Part shown: positions 46,073 through 55,786 of the stretch, piece after piece
Position numbering within the stretch: position 1 is the stretch's first letter
Layout: each line of letters begins with the position of its first letter
The notes under the pieces: model-generated
Told to the model about the DNA's origin: nothing
Databases searched by the model: none
The model's input: only the letters and a program-made list of their open reading frames with translations
IMG/VR virus record: IMGVR_UViG_3300042545_001134
Span: 56,600 to 120,599 of that record
Reading direction: 5' to 3' (one strand)
DNA: 64,000 nucleotides
Source: a virus
Position numbers and translations under genes: made by a program

Positions 46073-47365
46073 TCAATTGGACAAGGGCGCCTTAATTGTT
46101 GAATGCGATTGGTAATTATCCGTTTTAAAAGTGATATCCACATCTAAAGTATTAATAACCTCATCTACGGTTAATAAATGCCAATTTTCATTACCTGAAT
46201 TGATTTTTAATGTGGGTAATTTAAATGGTTCTCTTGTGTGATTTGGTATTTTGTAAGAATTATAATACTCACTTAAACCACCACCGAATGGTACTTGTTC
46301 ATCAACCGCTGTTTTATAAAAATCACCCATTGCGGTCTTTAACAATTCTGTTCTCTCTTCGTGAGTGTATTTTCTTCCAATCTGTTCTTTAGCCTGTTCA
46401 ATATGATTTGAATACAAATGTACATCACCTAAATTACCAATCAACTCATCAGGTACCATATTAACAGTTTTAGCAATTATTTCCAATAACAATCCATAAG
46501 ATGCAATGTTGAATGGTAAACCTAAGAATGTATCTACTGAACGTTGATTCCACATTAATGAGATTGCTCTTGTTGGGATATTATGATTGTTTAGAACTTC
46601 TAATGTCCTTTCTTCAGGAATTACTGTCCCATAATTACCACCTCTTCTAAACTCAGAAGGGTCTAAATCTCTTTTTGTAAATTCTAATACTCTATCATTC
46701 AAACTCAACTCTCTTGTATAAACTTGAAATCCATAATGACAAGGAGGTAAAGTCATTTTATCCAACTCCCCCACATTCCAAGCACTAACCATTAATCGTC
46801 TTGAGTCTGGATTTGTTTTAAGGTCGTTGATTAGATTTTGGATTTGGTCTATTGGTGGGTATTTGAAATATGATACCCCATCGAGATATTCATCCTCGGT
46901 TTCCCAACTTCTCCATTGTTTACCATATATTGGACCTAACTCACCCCATTTCTTAGCAAACTCATCATCGGTTTTGATTTTGTCAATAAATTCTTCTATT
47001 GTAAATGGTTCAGTTAATGTTCTATTTTTCTTAGAATTCTCTAATAATTTGGTTTTACCAACATATTCACCTTTATTATATCTTTTAATATAGGCTTGGT
47101 AAGCATCACCATTCCAAATGTGACAATTGTTATCAACTAAATATTTAATGTTTGTATCACCACGTAAGAACCATAATAATTCAGTTACAATAGTTTTCCA
47201 AGCCATCTTCTTGGTTGTAAGTAAAGGAAACCCTTCACTCATTTTATGACGTATTTGTCTACCAAATACTGAAATGGTACCACCATTTCTTGTTTCTTTC
47301 TTAACTCCATTATCAAGAATGTCTTGTAGGAGTAATTGATATTGTTTATCTATGTTATTCATCAT
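46073..47365 (-). CDS. thyA: Thymidylate synthase (ThyA family) with three insertions, 430 aa
   Basis: FPLLTTKK..ELLWFLRGDTNI, LPPCHYGFQVY (active-site Cys), DTFLGLPFNIASYGLLLEIIAKT, DVHLYSNH. Confidence 0.75.
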   Translation of the reverse strand: MMNNIDKQYQLLLQDILDNGVKKETRNGGTISVFGRQIRHKMSEGFPLLTTKKMAWKTIVTELLWFLRGDTNIKYLVDNNCHIWNGDAYQAYIKRYNKGEYVGKTKLLENSKKNRTLTEPFTIEEFIDKIKTDDEFAKKWGELGPIYGKQWRSWETEDEYLDGVSYFKYPPIDQIQNLINDLKTNPDSRRLMVSAWNVGELDKMTLPPCHYGFQVYTRELSLNDRVLEFTKRDLDPSEFRRGGNYGTVIPEERTLEVLNNHNIPTRAISLMWNQRSVDTFLGLPFNIASYGLLLEIIAKTVNMVPDELIGNLGDVHLYSNHIEQAKEQIGRKYTHEERTELLKTAMGDFYKTAVDEQVPFGGGLSEYYNSYKIPNHTREPFKLPTLKINSGNENWHLLTVDEVINTLDVDITFKTDNYQSHSTIKAPLSN

Positions 47366-47802
47366 TCAAATGTTTGTATTTTGGCATCTACTTCTTTTAA
47401 TTCTGACCATGTTCCAAGATATGTGATTGCCCTAACTTTCCTGTTATCAATCCACACATACTCTTGTCCGTCTTTGATTCTTGGTTTGTCCATAACCAAT
47501 CCATGGTATTTAAAACCTTTTTCTTTTAACCACGTTTCGGTAACTTCTCTGTCTTTACTTTCTCTTGCAGTAAAGAAGGTAATGATATGACCTTCATCAT
47601 ACCATTTATTGATTATATCCAATGCGTTTGGGAAATGATTTGCGGTTACATATAAATGACTGTCTTCGTTTTTGATGTCATCACAGATTGTTCCGTCGAT
47701 ATCGATTAAAAATACCTTACCCATTTTATTATTCTTCGTCTTTTTTATACTCTTCAAATAATTCATCGTTTGAAAGTGTTCCGTATTTTGTTGACAAGTC
47801 AT
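47362..47802 (-). CDS. HAD-like hydrolase (146 aa)
   Basis: KVFLIDIDGTICDD motif I. Confidence 0.4.
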   Translation of the reverse strand: MTCQQNTEHFQTMNYLKSIKKTKNNKMGKVFLIDIDGTICDDIKNEDSHLYVTANHFPNALDIINKWYDEGHIITFFTARESKDREVTETWLKEKGFKYHGLVMDKPRIKDGQEYVWIDNRKVRAITYLGTWSELKEVDAKIQTFE

Positions 47803-48859
47803 CGGTTTTAATTTCAGCGTACATTACATGTAATGTATTTTTTAACTCATCTGCTAATGATAGTGATTTACAAATAACAGTTAAGATTCTGTAAGGGTCA
47901 GCGTTTGAACCGGGTCGTCTATCTTCAAGATAACCCCTCCACGTTTCTCCGACGGTTTTTGGAACCCTAATTGATGCACCTCTATCAGATACACCCCAAC
48001 TGAATTTATCAATTGATTGTGTTTCAAATTTACCCGTTAATCTTAAATGATTATCGGAACCATAATTTTCAATATGAATTTTTGTCCTACTTTCAAATGT
48101 TTTAAAGATTGCGTTGAAGTATTCTTCCCCACCTGTCTCTCTCATTTTTTGGTTTGAGAAATTGGCATGTAAACCTGAACCATTCCATTCACCTGTCGTA
48201 ATTGGTTTAGGGTGTAACTCAATTGCCACCGAATATCTTTCAGAAATTTTATTTAAGAAGTAACGAGACATCCATAAGTCATCAGCACCTTTAAGTTTAC
48301 CTTTAGCAAAGATTTGATATTCCCATTGACCCAATGCAACTTCTGCGTTTGTTCCTTCAAGATTGATACCATAGTTTAAACACATATCTAAATGTTCATC
48401 ACTAATAAGTCTACCAACAACATGACCACCAACACCGCAATAGTATTTTCCTTGTGGGTCAATCATCCCACCATTTTCAAAACCCAATACAGGTTGGTTA
48501 TGTCCTGAACGAATAAAATATTCTTGTTCAAATCCAACCCAAAAATCGGTATCTTCTTCCCCAACTTTTGCTCGGTAATTTGATGGGTGAATCTCATTGT
48601 TTCCGTCAAGTACTTCACACAACACATAAACTGTTGGGTAATCATCTTTACTGTTATTGTTTTTATAAAACCTAACAGGTTTTAAGTAACAATCGGAGAA
48701 GTTACCCTCCGCCTGCATTGTTGAACTTCCATCGAATCCCCAGTTAGAGATGTCATCAATGGTTAACTCGCCGTTATAGTCAACGACTTTAATTTTACTT
48801 CTAAGATTTGGTTCGGGTGAATATCCATCCAACCAAACGTACTCAAATTTAATTTTCAT
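47729..48859 (-). CDS. glnII: Glutamine synthetase, type II-like
   Basis: YVWLDG..NLRSK N-domain, GFEQEYF, KPITTGEWNGSGLHANFS, RGASIRVPK, YLEDRRPGSNADPY. Motif-for-motif with eukaryote-type GSII. Confidence 0.8.
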   Translation of the reverse strand: MKIKFEYVWLDGYSPEPNLRSKIKVVDYNGELTIDDISNWGFDGSSTMQAEGNFSDCYLKPVRFYKNNNSKDDYPTVYVLCEVLDGNNEIHPSNYRAKVGEEDTDFWVGFEQEYFIRSGHNQPVLGFENGGMIDPQGKYYCGVGGHVVGRLISDEHLDMCLNYGINLEGTNAEVALGQWEYQIFAKGKLKGADDLWMSRYFLNKISERYSVAIELHPKPITTGEWNGSGLHANFSNQKMRETGGEEYFNAIFKTFESRTKIHIENYGSDNHLRLTGKFETQSIDKFSWGVSDRGASIRVPKTVGETWRGYLEDRRPGSNADPYRILTVICKSLSLADELKNTLHVMYAEIKTDDLSTKYGTLSNDELFEEYKKDEE

Positions 48860-49082
48860 TCTGTTGTTTTTTTAATTTATCTATGCATTTGTAAATGCAA
48901 TATGATTCTTCGATTGTGAACGCACCTTCTTTGTTCGCATGGGTAAGTGCGATATCGATAAGTTTTAATGCGTTTTCAGGTTCAATAGTTTCAAGGAATT
49001 CTTTAAAGTCCGATTCCTCTTCATATTCAAAGTCCCCGTTAAAAAGTGTACTCATATCAAAAATATAAGAAATTATTTTCAA
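48849..49082 (-). CDS. Small hypothetical protein (77 aa)
   Basis: ORF-track frame. Confidence 0.4.
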   Translation of the reverse strand: MKIISYIFDMSTLFNGDFEYEEESDFKEFLETIEPENALKLIDIALTHANKEGAFTIEESYCIYKCIDKLKKQQNEN

Positions 49083-49104
49083 ATTTCCAAGTAATTATTG
49101 TAAT

Positions 49105-49467
49105 ATGTCAGTAATAATTAACGATAAACAGTACGTGGCGGAATATCTGTCGACTCCCGAGGAAATAATGAAGGGAATGATGGGTAGAGACACCCTTGAG
49201 GGTTGTATAGTCTTCAAGATGGGAATGGGTCACCATTCGTTTTGGATGAAGAACTGTTACATACCATTGGACATTGTATTCGTGAATAAGAATAGAATTT
49301 CACATATCCATAAAAACTGCGAACCCGCCGGAAATAAACTTAATCCACCGAGATACACCGGTATCGGGGACCATGTCATTGAATTTCCAACGGGAACCGC
49401 TAATAACTTTAAAGTGGGTGATAGGGTTGCCATGTACTTAGGTGCACCTGTGAACCCCGTTCGTTAA
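49105..49467 (+). CDS. DUF192-family protein
   Basis: EGCIVFKMGMGHHSFWMKNCYIPLDIVFV pattern. Confidence 0.45.
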   Translation: MSVIINDKQYVAEYLSTPEEIMKGMMGRDTLEGCIVFKMGMGHHSFWMKNCYIPLDIVFVNKNRISHIHKNCEPAGNKLNPPRYTGIGDHVIEFPTGTANNFKVGDRVAMYLGAPVNPVR

Positions 49468-50321
49468 CCTTCGTATTCGGGGAACAAATTATAATCAAAC
49501 TGATTGATTCTCTGACGAGAAATCTCGGTGTACTTTTCAGATAGTTCAAATCCGATATAGTTTCTACCCAATTTCTTTGCCGCAAGTGCCGTGGTTCCCG
49601 AACCTGAGAAACAATCCAATACCAAATCATTTTTAAATGAAAGGATTTTAATTGCCTTAACCGGAATATCCATTGAGAAGGTTGCCTTAGTTAATGACTT
49701 CGTATCGTTGAAGTATTTCCACTGACCGAACACCAACTCCATAAACTCATTCTTATCTTTATCAGAATAGATTCGTTTAGTTCTTGTTTTGGGGTCTTCA
49801 CCTTCTTCCACCTCAACGTCAACTTGTGCTTCAGTATATGACCACGTTGAGATACCTTTATCTTTCTTCTTGTAGTCTTTCTTATATGCAAGAATAACAC
49901 ATTCTTTTGGATTATATATGTACGGTGCTGACGGTGACATCCACGAACCCCACGCAGTTGTTTTAGAACGGTGTGGAGAATCTTCCTCTAAATCGACAAC
50001 ACCAAAGAAACCGAATCCAATCTCTTTCATTATCTGCCAGTATTCAGATACGATGAATACACGACCGCCACGTTCCCTTACGTTTACTTCATAAGGTATG
50101 TTAATCGCAACACGACCATCGTCCTTTAATGTTCTGTAAACTTCAGATAACCAAGTTCTACACCACTCAAAGTAATCACCCATAGGTACATCGTCTATAT
50201 GTGTATCATATGCGATACCAACATTATATGGTGGTGATGTGACCACTAAATCTATTGTGTTATCACCCAATTCTTTGAATAGTTCAACACAATCTCCGTT
50301 ATAAATTTTATTCGATTCCAT
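49464..50321 (-). CDS. DNA methyltransferase (N6-adenine/N4-cytosine, beta-class)
   Basis: N-terminal IDLVVTSPPYN (DPPY motif IV), later FSGSGTTALAA (motif I). Confidence 0.75.
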   Translation of the reverse strand: MESNKIYNGDCVELFKELGDNTIDLVVTSPPYNVGIAYDTHIDDVPMGDYFEWCRTWLSEVYRTLKDDGRVAINIPYEVNVRERGGRVFIVSEYWQIMKEIGFGFFGVVDLEEDSPHRSKTTAWGSWMSPSAPYIYNPKECVILAYKKDYKKKDKGISTWSYTEAQVDVEVEEGEDPKTRTKRIYSDKDKNEFMELVFGQWKYFNDTKSLTKATFSMDIPVKAIKILSFKNDLVLDCFSGSGTTALAAKKLGRNYIGFELSEKYTEISRQRINQFDYNLFPEYEG

Positions 50322-50410
50322 TTACAATTACGTTTTTATCGGTTATCTTCTGATAAAGTATAAGGAATTAAAACCAATAAACCAAATATTTAATAAAAAA
50401 GAAAAACATT

Positions 50411-50583
50411 ATGGGATGCGGATGTAAAAAGAAGAACGTTCAAACAACAGTGAACCCTTCACCAGCGACAATAACATTAAACGAAACATTTCAACCAACA
50501 ACTACTATGGACCAACAGGTTCAACAGTTGGTACAGAAGATTGAGGAGATTAACGAAACTCTTGATTCTCAGGGGGAACAATA
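50411..50583 (+). CDS. Small hypothetical protein (57 aa, not in ORF track)
   Basis: ATG at 50411 (MGCGCKKKNVQTT..), followed by a terminator hairpin. Confidence 0.35.
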
Positions 50584-50602
50584 ATATATTATCGGTTTTA
50601 AG

Positions 50603-50638
50603 ATAACGGATAGAGTAAAAACTGTCCGTTATTTTTTG
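50603..50638 (+). terminator. Rho-independent terminator
   Basis: ATAACGGA-14 nt-TCCGTTAT followed by TTTTTT. Confidence 0.55.
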
Positions 50639-50670
50639 ACCATATAATATATATAAATTTATATACTTAT

Positions 50671-50868
50671 ATGAAAGCACAGACAAAACTTACGAGTGTT
50701 CACATTTTAGATGATGTGTACAAAAAATTCAAAATCAACACGATAGATGGTTCAATTAACCTACAGAAGTTAGTTAATAGGGCTCTTGATTTATACAATA
50801 CAAGAGAGGATTTTAGAGACCAGATAAACAACCATAACGGTTTGGCAACAACGGGGTCTAAATTCTAA
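50671..50868 (+). CDS. Small hypothetical protein (65 aa)
   Basis: ORF-track frame leading the glycan module. Confidence 0.4.
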   Translation: MKAQTKLTSVHILDDVYKKFKINTIDGSINLQKLVNRALDLYNTREDFRDQINNHNGLATTGSKF

Positions 50869-50870
50869 CT

Positions 50871-52229
50871 ATGAAGAAAAAGATTCTATTATTATCTGAT
50901 GATTTAAGAATGACATCGGGTGTTGCTACTATGTCAAAAGAATTGGTAATGGGTACTATTCACAAGTACGATTGGGTACAGTTGGGTAGTGCAATCAACC
51001 ATCCTGAGGCAGGTAAAATTGTAGATATAAATGCGGACATTAGGGAGAAGACAAGAGTACTTGATGCAAACCTTAAAATCATTCCAAGTAATGGATATGG
51101 TAATATTTTTACATTGAGGTCTCTTATTGAGTCTGAGAAACCTGACGCAATATTACACTTCACCGACCCACATTACTGGCAATGGTTGTACGAGGCGGAA
51201 CATGAGATTAGACAACAAATTCCAATTCTATATTACCACGTGTGGGATAACCTACCTGACCCAACCTATAATAGAAACAATTATGAAAGTTGTGATTGGA
51301 TTGGTTGTATCTCCAAACAAACATATGGTTTAGTCCATAGAGTGGGTAAAATGGATAACGAACCAACCTTCAAACCTTTGGAGGATTGGCAAATCAGTTA
51401 TGTTCCTCACGGTATTAATTCAGATGTGTTCAAACCAACAGATAGTGTTGCTGATGATTTAAAGAAATACATTTACGAAGATAAAGAATATGATTTTATT
51501 CTATTCTATAACAATCGTAACATCAAAAGAAAACAACCGGGTGATGTGATATTATCATATAAATTATTCTGTGATTCTTTACCTAAAGAACAATCCGATA
51601 AATGTTTATTGTTAATGCACACCACACCAATCGATGAGAATGGTACCGACCTACCGGCGGTGGCTAAAAGTGTTTGTCCCGACTATAATATTAAGTTTGT
51701 TAACTTAAAATTGGAACAGAATAAATTGAATGAGTTGTATAATATTGTTGACTGTACAATTAACATTGCGAACAACGAAGGTTTTGGTTTGGGTACCGCC
51801 GAAAGTATAATGGCTGGCACACCAATCATTGTTAATGTCACAGGTGGATTACAAGACCAATGTGGTTTTGATTACACCGCAGACAATTACATAACATTCG
51901 GTTCACTCCACAATAGAAAGAAACACGGTTCAACTTTACATGGTGAATGGGTTGTACCCGTTTGGCCATCCGTTAACAATCTAAATGGTTCGGTCCCAAC
52001 TCCTTTCATTTATGAAGACAGAGTAAACAATAATGATGTTGCCGGTGCAATTTCTGAAGTTTATGGTTGGGGTAAAGAAGGAAGAAAAGAACGAGGATTA
52101 AAAGGTAGAGAATGGGCAATCGAAAACCTATCAAGTAAAGTGATGTGTGATTCATTAATTGATGGAATTGAAACAACTTTCAAAAACTATAAACCTAAAA
52201 AGAAATTTGAATTATATCGTATAGTATGA
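50871..52229 (+). CDS. Glycosyltransferase, GT4-like
   Basis: EGFGLGTAESIMAGTPIIV is an E-x7-E-like motif. Confidence 0.55.
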   Translation: MKKKILLLSDDLRMTSGVATMSKELVMGTIHKYDWVQLGSAINHPEAGKIVDINADIREKTRVLDANLKIIPSNGYGNIFTLRSLIESEKPDAILHFTDPHYWQWLYEAEHEIRQQIPILYYHVWDNLPDPTYNRNNYESCDWIGCISKQTYGLVHRVGKMDNEPTFKPLEDWQISYVPHGINSDVFKPTDSVADDLKKYIYEDKEYDFILFYNNRNIKRKQPGDVILSYKLFCDSLPKEQSDKCLLLMHTTPIDENGTDLPAVAKSVCPDYNIKFVNLKLEQNKLNELYNIVDCTINIANNEGFGLGTAESIMAGTPIIVNVTGGLQDQCGFDYTADNYITFGSLHNRKKHGSTLHGEWVVPVWPSVNNLNGSVPTPFIYEDRVNNNDVAGAISEVYGWGKEGRKERGLKGREWAIENLSSKVMCDSLIDGIETTFKNYKPKKKFELYRIV

Positions 52230-53473
52230 GTAAACCTTTTTTATTATTTAGAGGACCCGTTGAAACATTAAGTGGGTATGGAGCACACTCGAGAGATTTA
52301 TTGAGGTCTCTTCGTGACATGGACTTATTTGAAATAAGGGTGGATTCGTGTCATTGGGGTTCAACACCAAAAACGGCATTACAAGAGGATACCGAATATA
52401 ATAAGTGGATACTTGCGCATATCGTTAAAGTGATACCCGCAACTCCCGATGTTTATGTTCAGGTTACAGTACCAAATGAATTCCAAAAGATTGGTAGGTT
52501 CAGTATCGGTATAACTGCCGGTATTGAAACAACAATGGCATCAAAGGAATGGATTGATGGTTGTAACAGAATGGATTTAATCATCACAACTTCAACCTTC
52601 TCCAAGGAAGTACTACTTCAAACCGTTTACAATGAAACTGATAACCTAACCGGTAAACTAATTAAACAACATAAAATTGAGAAACCTGTTGAGGTTCTTT
52701 TTGAGGGTGTTGACACTGAAATTTATAATGATAAATTTTCAGGGTTAGATGTTGGAATTAACGAAGATTTTTCTTATCTTTTTGTTGGTCACTGGTTAAA
52801 AGGTAATTTAGGTCAGGATAGAAAAGATGTTGGTATGTTAATTAAGTGTTTCTCTGAGGCATTTAAGGATTCGGAAGAACAACCCGCATTAATTCTTAAA
52901 ACATCTTCAGCATCTTTTTCGATAAAAGAAAGAGAAAACTTTAAGAAGAAAATTTCTGATTTGGTTAAGGGAATTGAAAACCCACCGCCAATCTATCTTT
53001 TATTCGGTGAGTTAACAGACAAGGAAATGAATGAGTTATACAATCACCCAAAAGTGAAGGCAATGGTAACCTTAACAAAAGGCGAAGGATTCGGTAGACC
53101 TCTACTTGAGTTCTCAATGACAGGTAAACCTATTCTTGCATCTAATTGGTCGGGACATAAAGACTTCTTACCAATGGATAAGGCAGTAATGTTAGGTGGT
53201 TCATTGACTGATGTTCATGAGAGTGTTGTTGATTCATTTATCATCAAGGGGTCAAAATGGTTTACACCAAACTATGGTGAAGTTGTTGAGATTATGAGAA
53301 TGGTTAAAAATGAATATGACACGTTCTACGGTAACTCTCAAGTTTTGATGGAAGAGAATAGAGAAAAATATTCGATGTCAAAAATGACCGAGAAGTTTGA
53401 ATCAATCATAACACCATATGTGGTTAAACCTAAAGAAGTTAAATTAAAAATACCTCAGTTAACAAAACTATAA
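52226..53473 (+). CDS. Glycosyltransferase, GT4-like
   Basis: GEGFGRPLLEFSMTGKPILASNWSGHKDF. Confidence 0.55.
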   Translation: MSKPFLLFRGPVETLSGYGAHSRDLLRSLRDMDLFEIRVDSCHWGSTPKTALQEDTEYNKWILAHIVKVIPATPDVYVQVTVPNEFQKIGRFSIGITAGIETTMASKEWIDGCNRMDLIITTSTFSKEVLLQTVYNETDNLTGKLIKQHKIEKPVEVLFEGVDTEIYNDKFSGLDVGINEDFSYLFVGHWLKGNLGQDRKDVGMLIKCFSEAFKDSEEQPALILKTSSASFSIKERENFKKKISDLVKGIENPPPIYLLFGELTDKEMNELYNHPKVKAMVTLTKGEGFGRPLLEFSMTGKPILASNWSGHKDFLPMDKAVMLGGSLTDVHESVVDSFIIKGSKWFTPNYGEVVEIMRMVKNEYDTFYGNSQVLMEENREKYSMSKMTEKFESIITPYVVKPKEVKLKIPQLTKL

Positions 53474-53754
53474 TGGGATTACTTGACAATTTTAAATTAG
53501 GTAGAGAAAATGAAGACAATTCATTTTTATTTACGAACCATAACCTTCAATTATTTACATTACAACCGACAGTTACATTTAATCAAACCGAATGGATGTT
53601 TCAATTTGATGAAGGTGAACCGACGGTTTTCGCAACACAACAAGAAGAATCCAATTTAACGATAACACTCAACAACACCAATCACGCATCGATAGAATTT
53701 ACGGGACCCAATAATCAAAAATTTAAAATATTCGCAAGAGAAAGACAACAATGA
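53473..53754 (+). CDS. Hypothetical protein (93 aa)
   Basis: ORF-track frame. Overlapping-stop architecture with its neighbours. Confidence 0.4.
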   Translation: MGLLDNFKLGRENEDNSFLFTNHNLQLFTLQPTVTFNQTEWMFQFDEGEPTVFATQQEESNLTITLNNTNHASIEFTGPNNQKFKIFARERQQ

Positions 53755-54377
53755 AAATAAGTTATGCAATTACCGTTTGTGATGAGTTACAAGAAATCAA
53801 AAGACTTGTACCGTTTCTTTTAGAACATAAAAGACCTGAAGATGAAATCATAGTTTTATATGACCAAAAAAATGGGTCGGATGAGGTAATTGATTTCTTA
53901 TTACCATTTAATAGATTCCCACATGTTCAAACATGGAGAGGTATGGTTTTCGTAAATGATTTTTCTATTTGGAAAAACAAATTAAACGATTACTGTGGTG
54001 GTGATTACATTTTACAATTGGATGCGGATGAAATGATTACCGAGGAACTAATTAAAATGTTACCGGCAATACTTGAATCAAATCCTGAAGTTGATTTGTT
54101 TGTACTTCCTCGAATAAACACGGTGGATGGTATAACCGAAGAACACATTAACAAGTGGGGATGGAAACAAGATGAACAGGGTAGAATTAACTTCCCTGAT
54201 TGGCAGGGTAGATTATACCGTAAAGGTTTAAACTGGTATGGTAAAGTTCATGAAAAAATTATAGGGGCAAAGAAATATTCGATTATGCCTGAAGATGAGG
54301 GATTTTGTATCCTTCATCCTAAAACAATCGAGAGACAGGAAAGACAAAATAATTTTTACAGTAAAATTCAAAAGTAA
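53751..54377 (+). CDS. Glycosyltransferase family 2-like (208 aa)
   Basis: QLDADEMI DxD-type motif. N-terminus KISYAITVCDE. Confidence 0.45.
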   Translation: MKISYAITVCDELQEIKRLVPFLLEHKRPEDEIIVLYDQKNGSDEVIDFLLPFNRFPHVQTWRGMVFVNDFSIWKNKLNDYCGGDYILQLDADEMITEELIKMLPAILESNPEVDLFVLPRINTVDGITEEHINKWGWKQDEQGRINFPDWQGRLYRKGLNWYGKVHEKIIGAKKYSIMPEDEGFCILHPKTIERQERQNNFYSKIQK

Positions 54378-55135
54378 TGAAGTTAATTTTAGCAACTGGG
54401 TCCGATATAAATTATATGACCAAGATGAGACCATACTTTAAATCAATTGAGAAAAACTCAAACTTCGATAAGAATGTTTTGGTTTTTGTTGGTGATGGGG
54501 AAGGTTTATCATTACCATTTAAAACTATCGATATCGCAACATTATCGATTTCAGACGTACAGGCATTGAATAATAATAAGTGTGTTCAACACGGGGATTT
54601 CTTAAACTCCAATCACTTCAATTCAATAACCCAAGATGATGACGTTATCTTCTATACTGACGGTGACATCATCCTTCAACGTAACATGACTGACGAAGAG
54701 TTAGAACAATTCAGAAACTTCAAAGATGGTGACGTTTATGTTGGTTATAATGCATCACCAACTGACACATTAATGATTGAATCGGGTAGATTAGGTCAAA
54801 CGGGTGTTAAGGTTGACGGTGTGAGTGACAAACCGTGGGATAAGATTAAAGTCTATAACACCGGTGTTCTCGCAATGAATAAAAGAACTTGGGCTAAACT
54901 ACTAAGTGACTATGTTGAATTGTATCCGTCAGTTGAACCAATGTTTGCGCATTACGCAAAACAACAATGGTTGATTTCATTTTTGATTGGCACAAGAGAA
55001 GATTACAATATAATCGAAATGCCGTACCATATCCATAATCATTTACATTTCCCAAGTCCTGAGGGTACAATCCAAGATAAAAACGGTGATGTATTTTTTA
55101 ACAATAAAAAAGTATTATTCAAACACAAATGGTAG
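54377..55135 (+). CDS. Putative nucleotide-sugar transferase-like protein (252 aa)
   Basis: FYTDGDIIL DxD-like motif. Weak evidence. Confidence 0.35.
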   Translation: MKLILATGSDINYMTKMRPYFKSIEKNSNFDKNVLVFVGDGEGLSLPFKTIDIATLSISDVQALNNNKCVQHGDFLNSNHFNSITQDDDVIFYTDGDIILQRNMTDEELEQFRNFKDGDVYVGYNASPTDTLMIESGRLGQTGVKVDGVSDKPWDKIKVYNTGVLAMNKRTWAKLLSDYVELYPSVEPMFAHYAKQQWLISFLIGTREDYNIIEMPYHIHNHLHFPSPEGTIQDKNGDVFFNNKKVLFKHKW

Positions 55136-55785
55136 AAATTTTTAAAAGGATATCTGAAATTGATATCAAAGAAATCGATTTAAATGTTTTAGAAACAATT
55201 CTCCCCACATTTGGTATGAATGGTGAGAATTCGAGAGAGTTACCTTCAGAATTGTCTGAACACTTTAATGAAGGTATTCGTTTTTGGCAGTACCCAAATC
55301 AATTTGCTCCGTATCTTAAACAAATATCAAAATATAGAATTAAATCGTATCTTGAAATTGGTTGTAGGTGGGGTGGTACGTTTATTATAACAAAGGAAAT
55401 ATTAACCAAAATAAATGGTGAAGTTAATGGATTCGCGTGTGACTTTATGCCACAATCAAGGATGCTTGACGAATACCAAAAATATGGTAATTTTAACTAC
55501 TTACAAACTCATAGTCAAAAATTAAAAAGAGAATCAATAAATCAAGATATTGATTTAATTTTAATTGATGGTGACCACAGTTATGAAGGGTTAAAAAGAG
55601 ATTTTGAAATCTGTAAACAATATAACCCCAAATACGTATCTTTTCATGATATATGTAGTGACGCATGTCCTGGCGTTGTTAAGTTTTGGAATGAAATTAA
55701 GGAACAATATAAACACTATGAATTTATGAGTCAATATGATAGTGTTGACGGTAATTTTTTAGGTATTGGTTTAATAGAGATTTAA
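55129..55785 (+). CDS. Class I SAM-dependent methyltransferase (TylF/MycF-like)
   Basis: YLEIGCRWGG motif I-like. LILIDGDHSYEG. Confidence 0.5.
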   Translation: MVEIFKRISEIDIKEIDLNVLETILPTFGMNGENSRELPSELSEHFNEGIRFWQYPNQFAPYLKQISKYRIKSYLEIGCRWGGTFIITKEILTKINGEVNGFACDFMPQSRMLDEYQKYGNFNYLQTHSQKLKRESINQDIDLILIDGDHSYEGLKRDFEICKQYNPKYVSFHDICSDACPGVVKFWNEIKEQYKHYEFMSQYDSVDGNFLGIGLIEI

Positions 55786-55786
55786 T

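Noticed and set aside
46073-47365. Intron inside thyA carrying the GIY-YIG endonuclease (T4 td-like)
   Set aside because: The thyA ORF is continuous for 430 codons with all TS motifs in order. The endonuclease is a separate downstream ORF.
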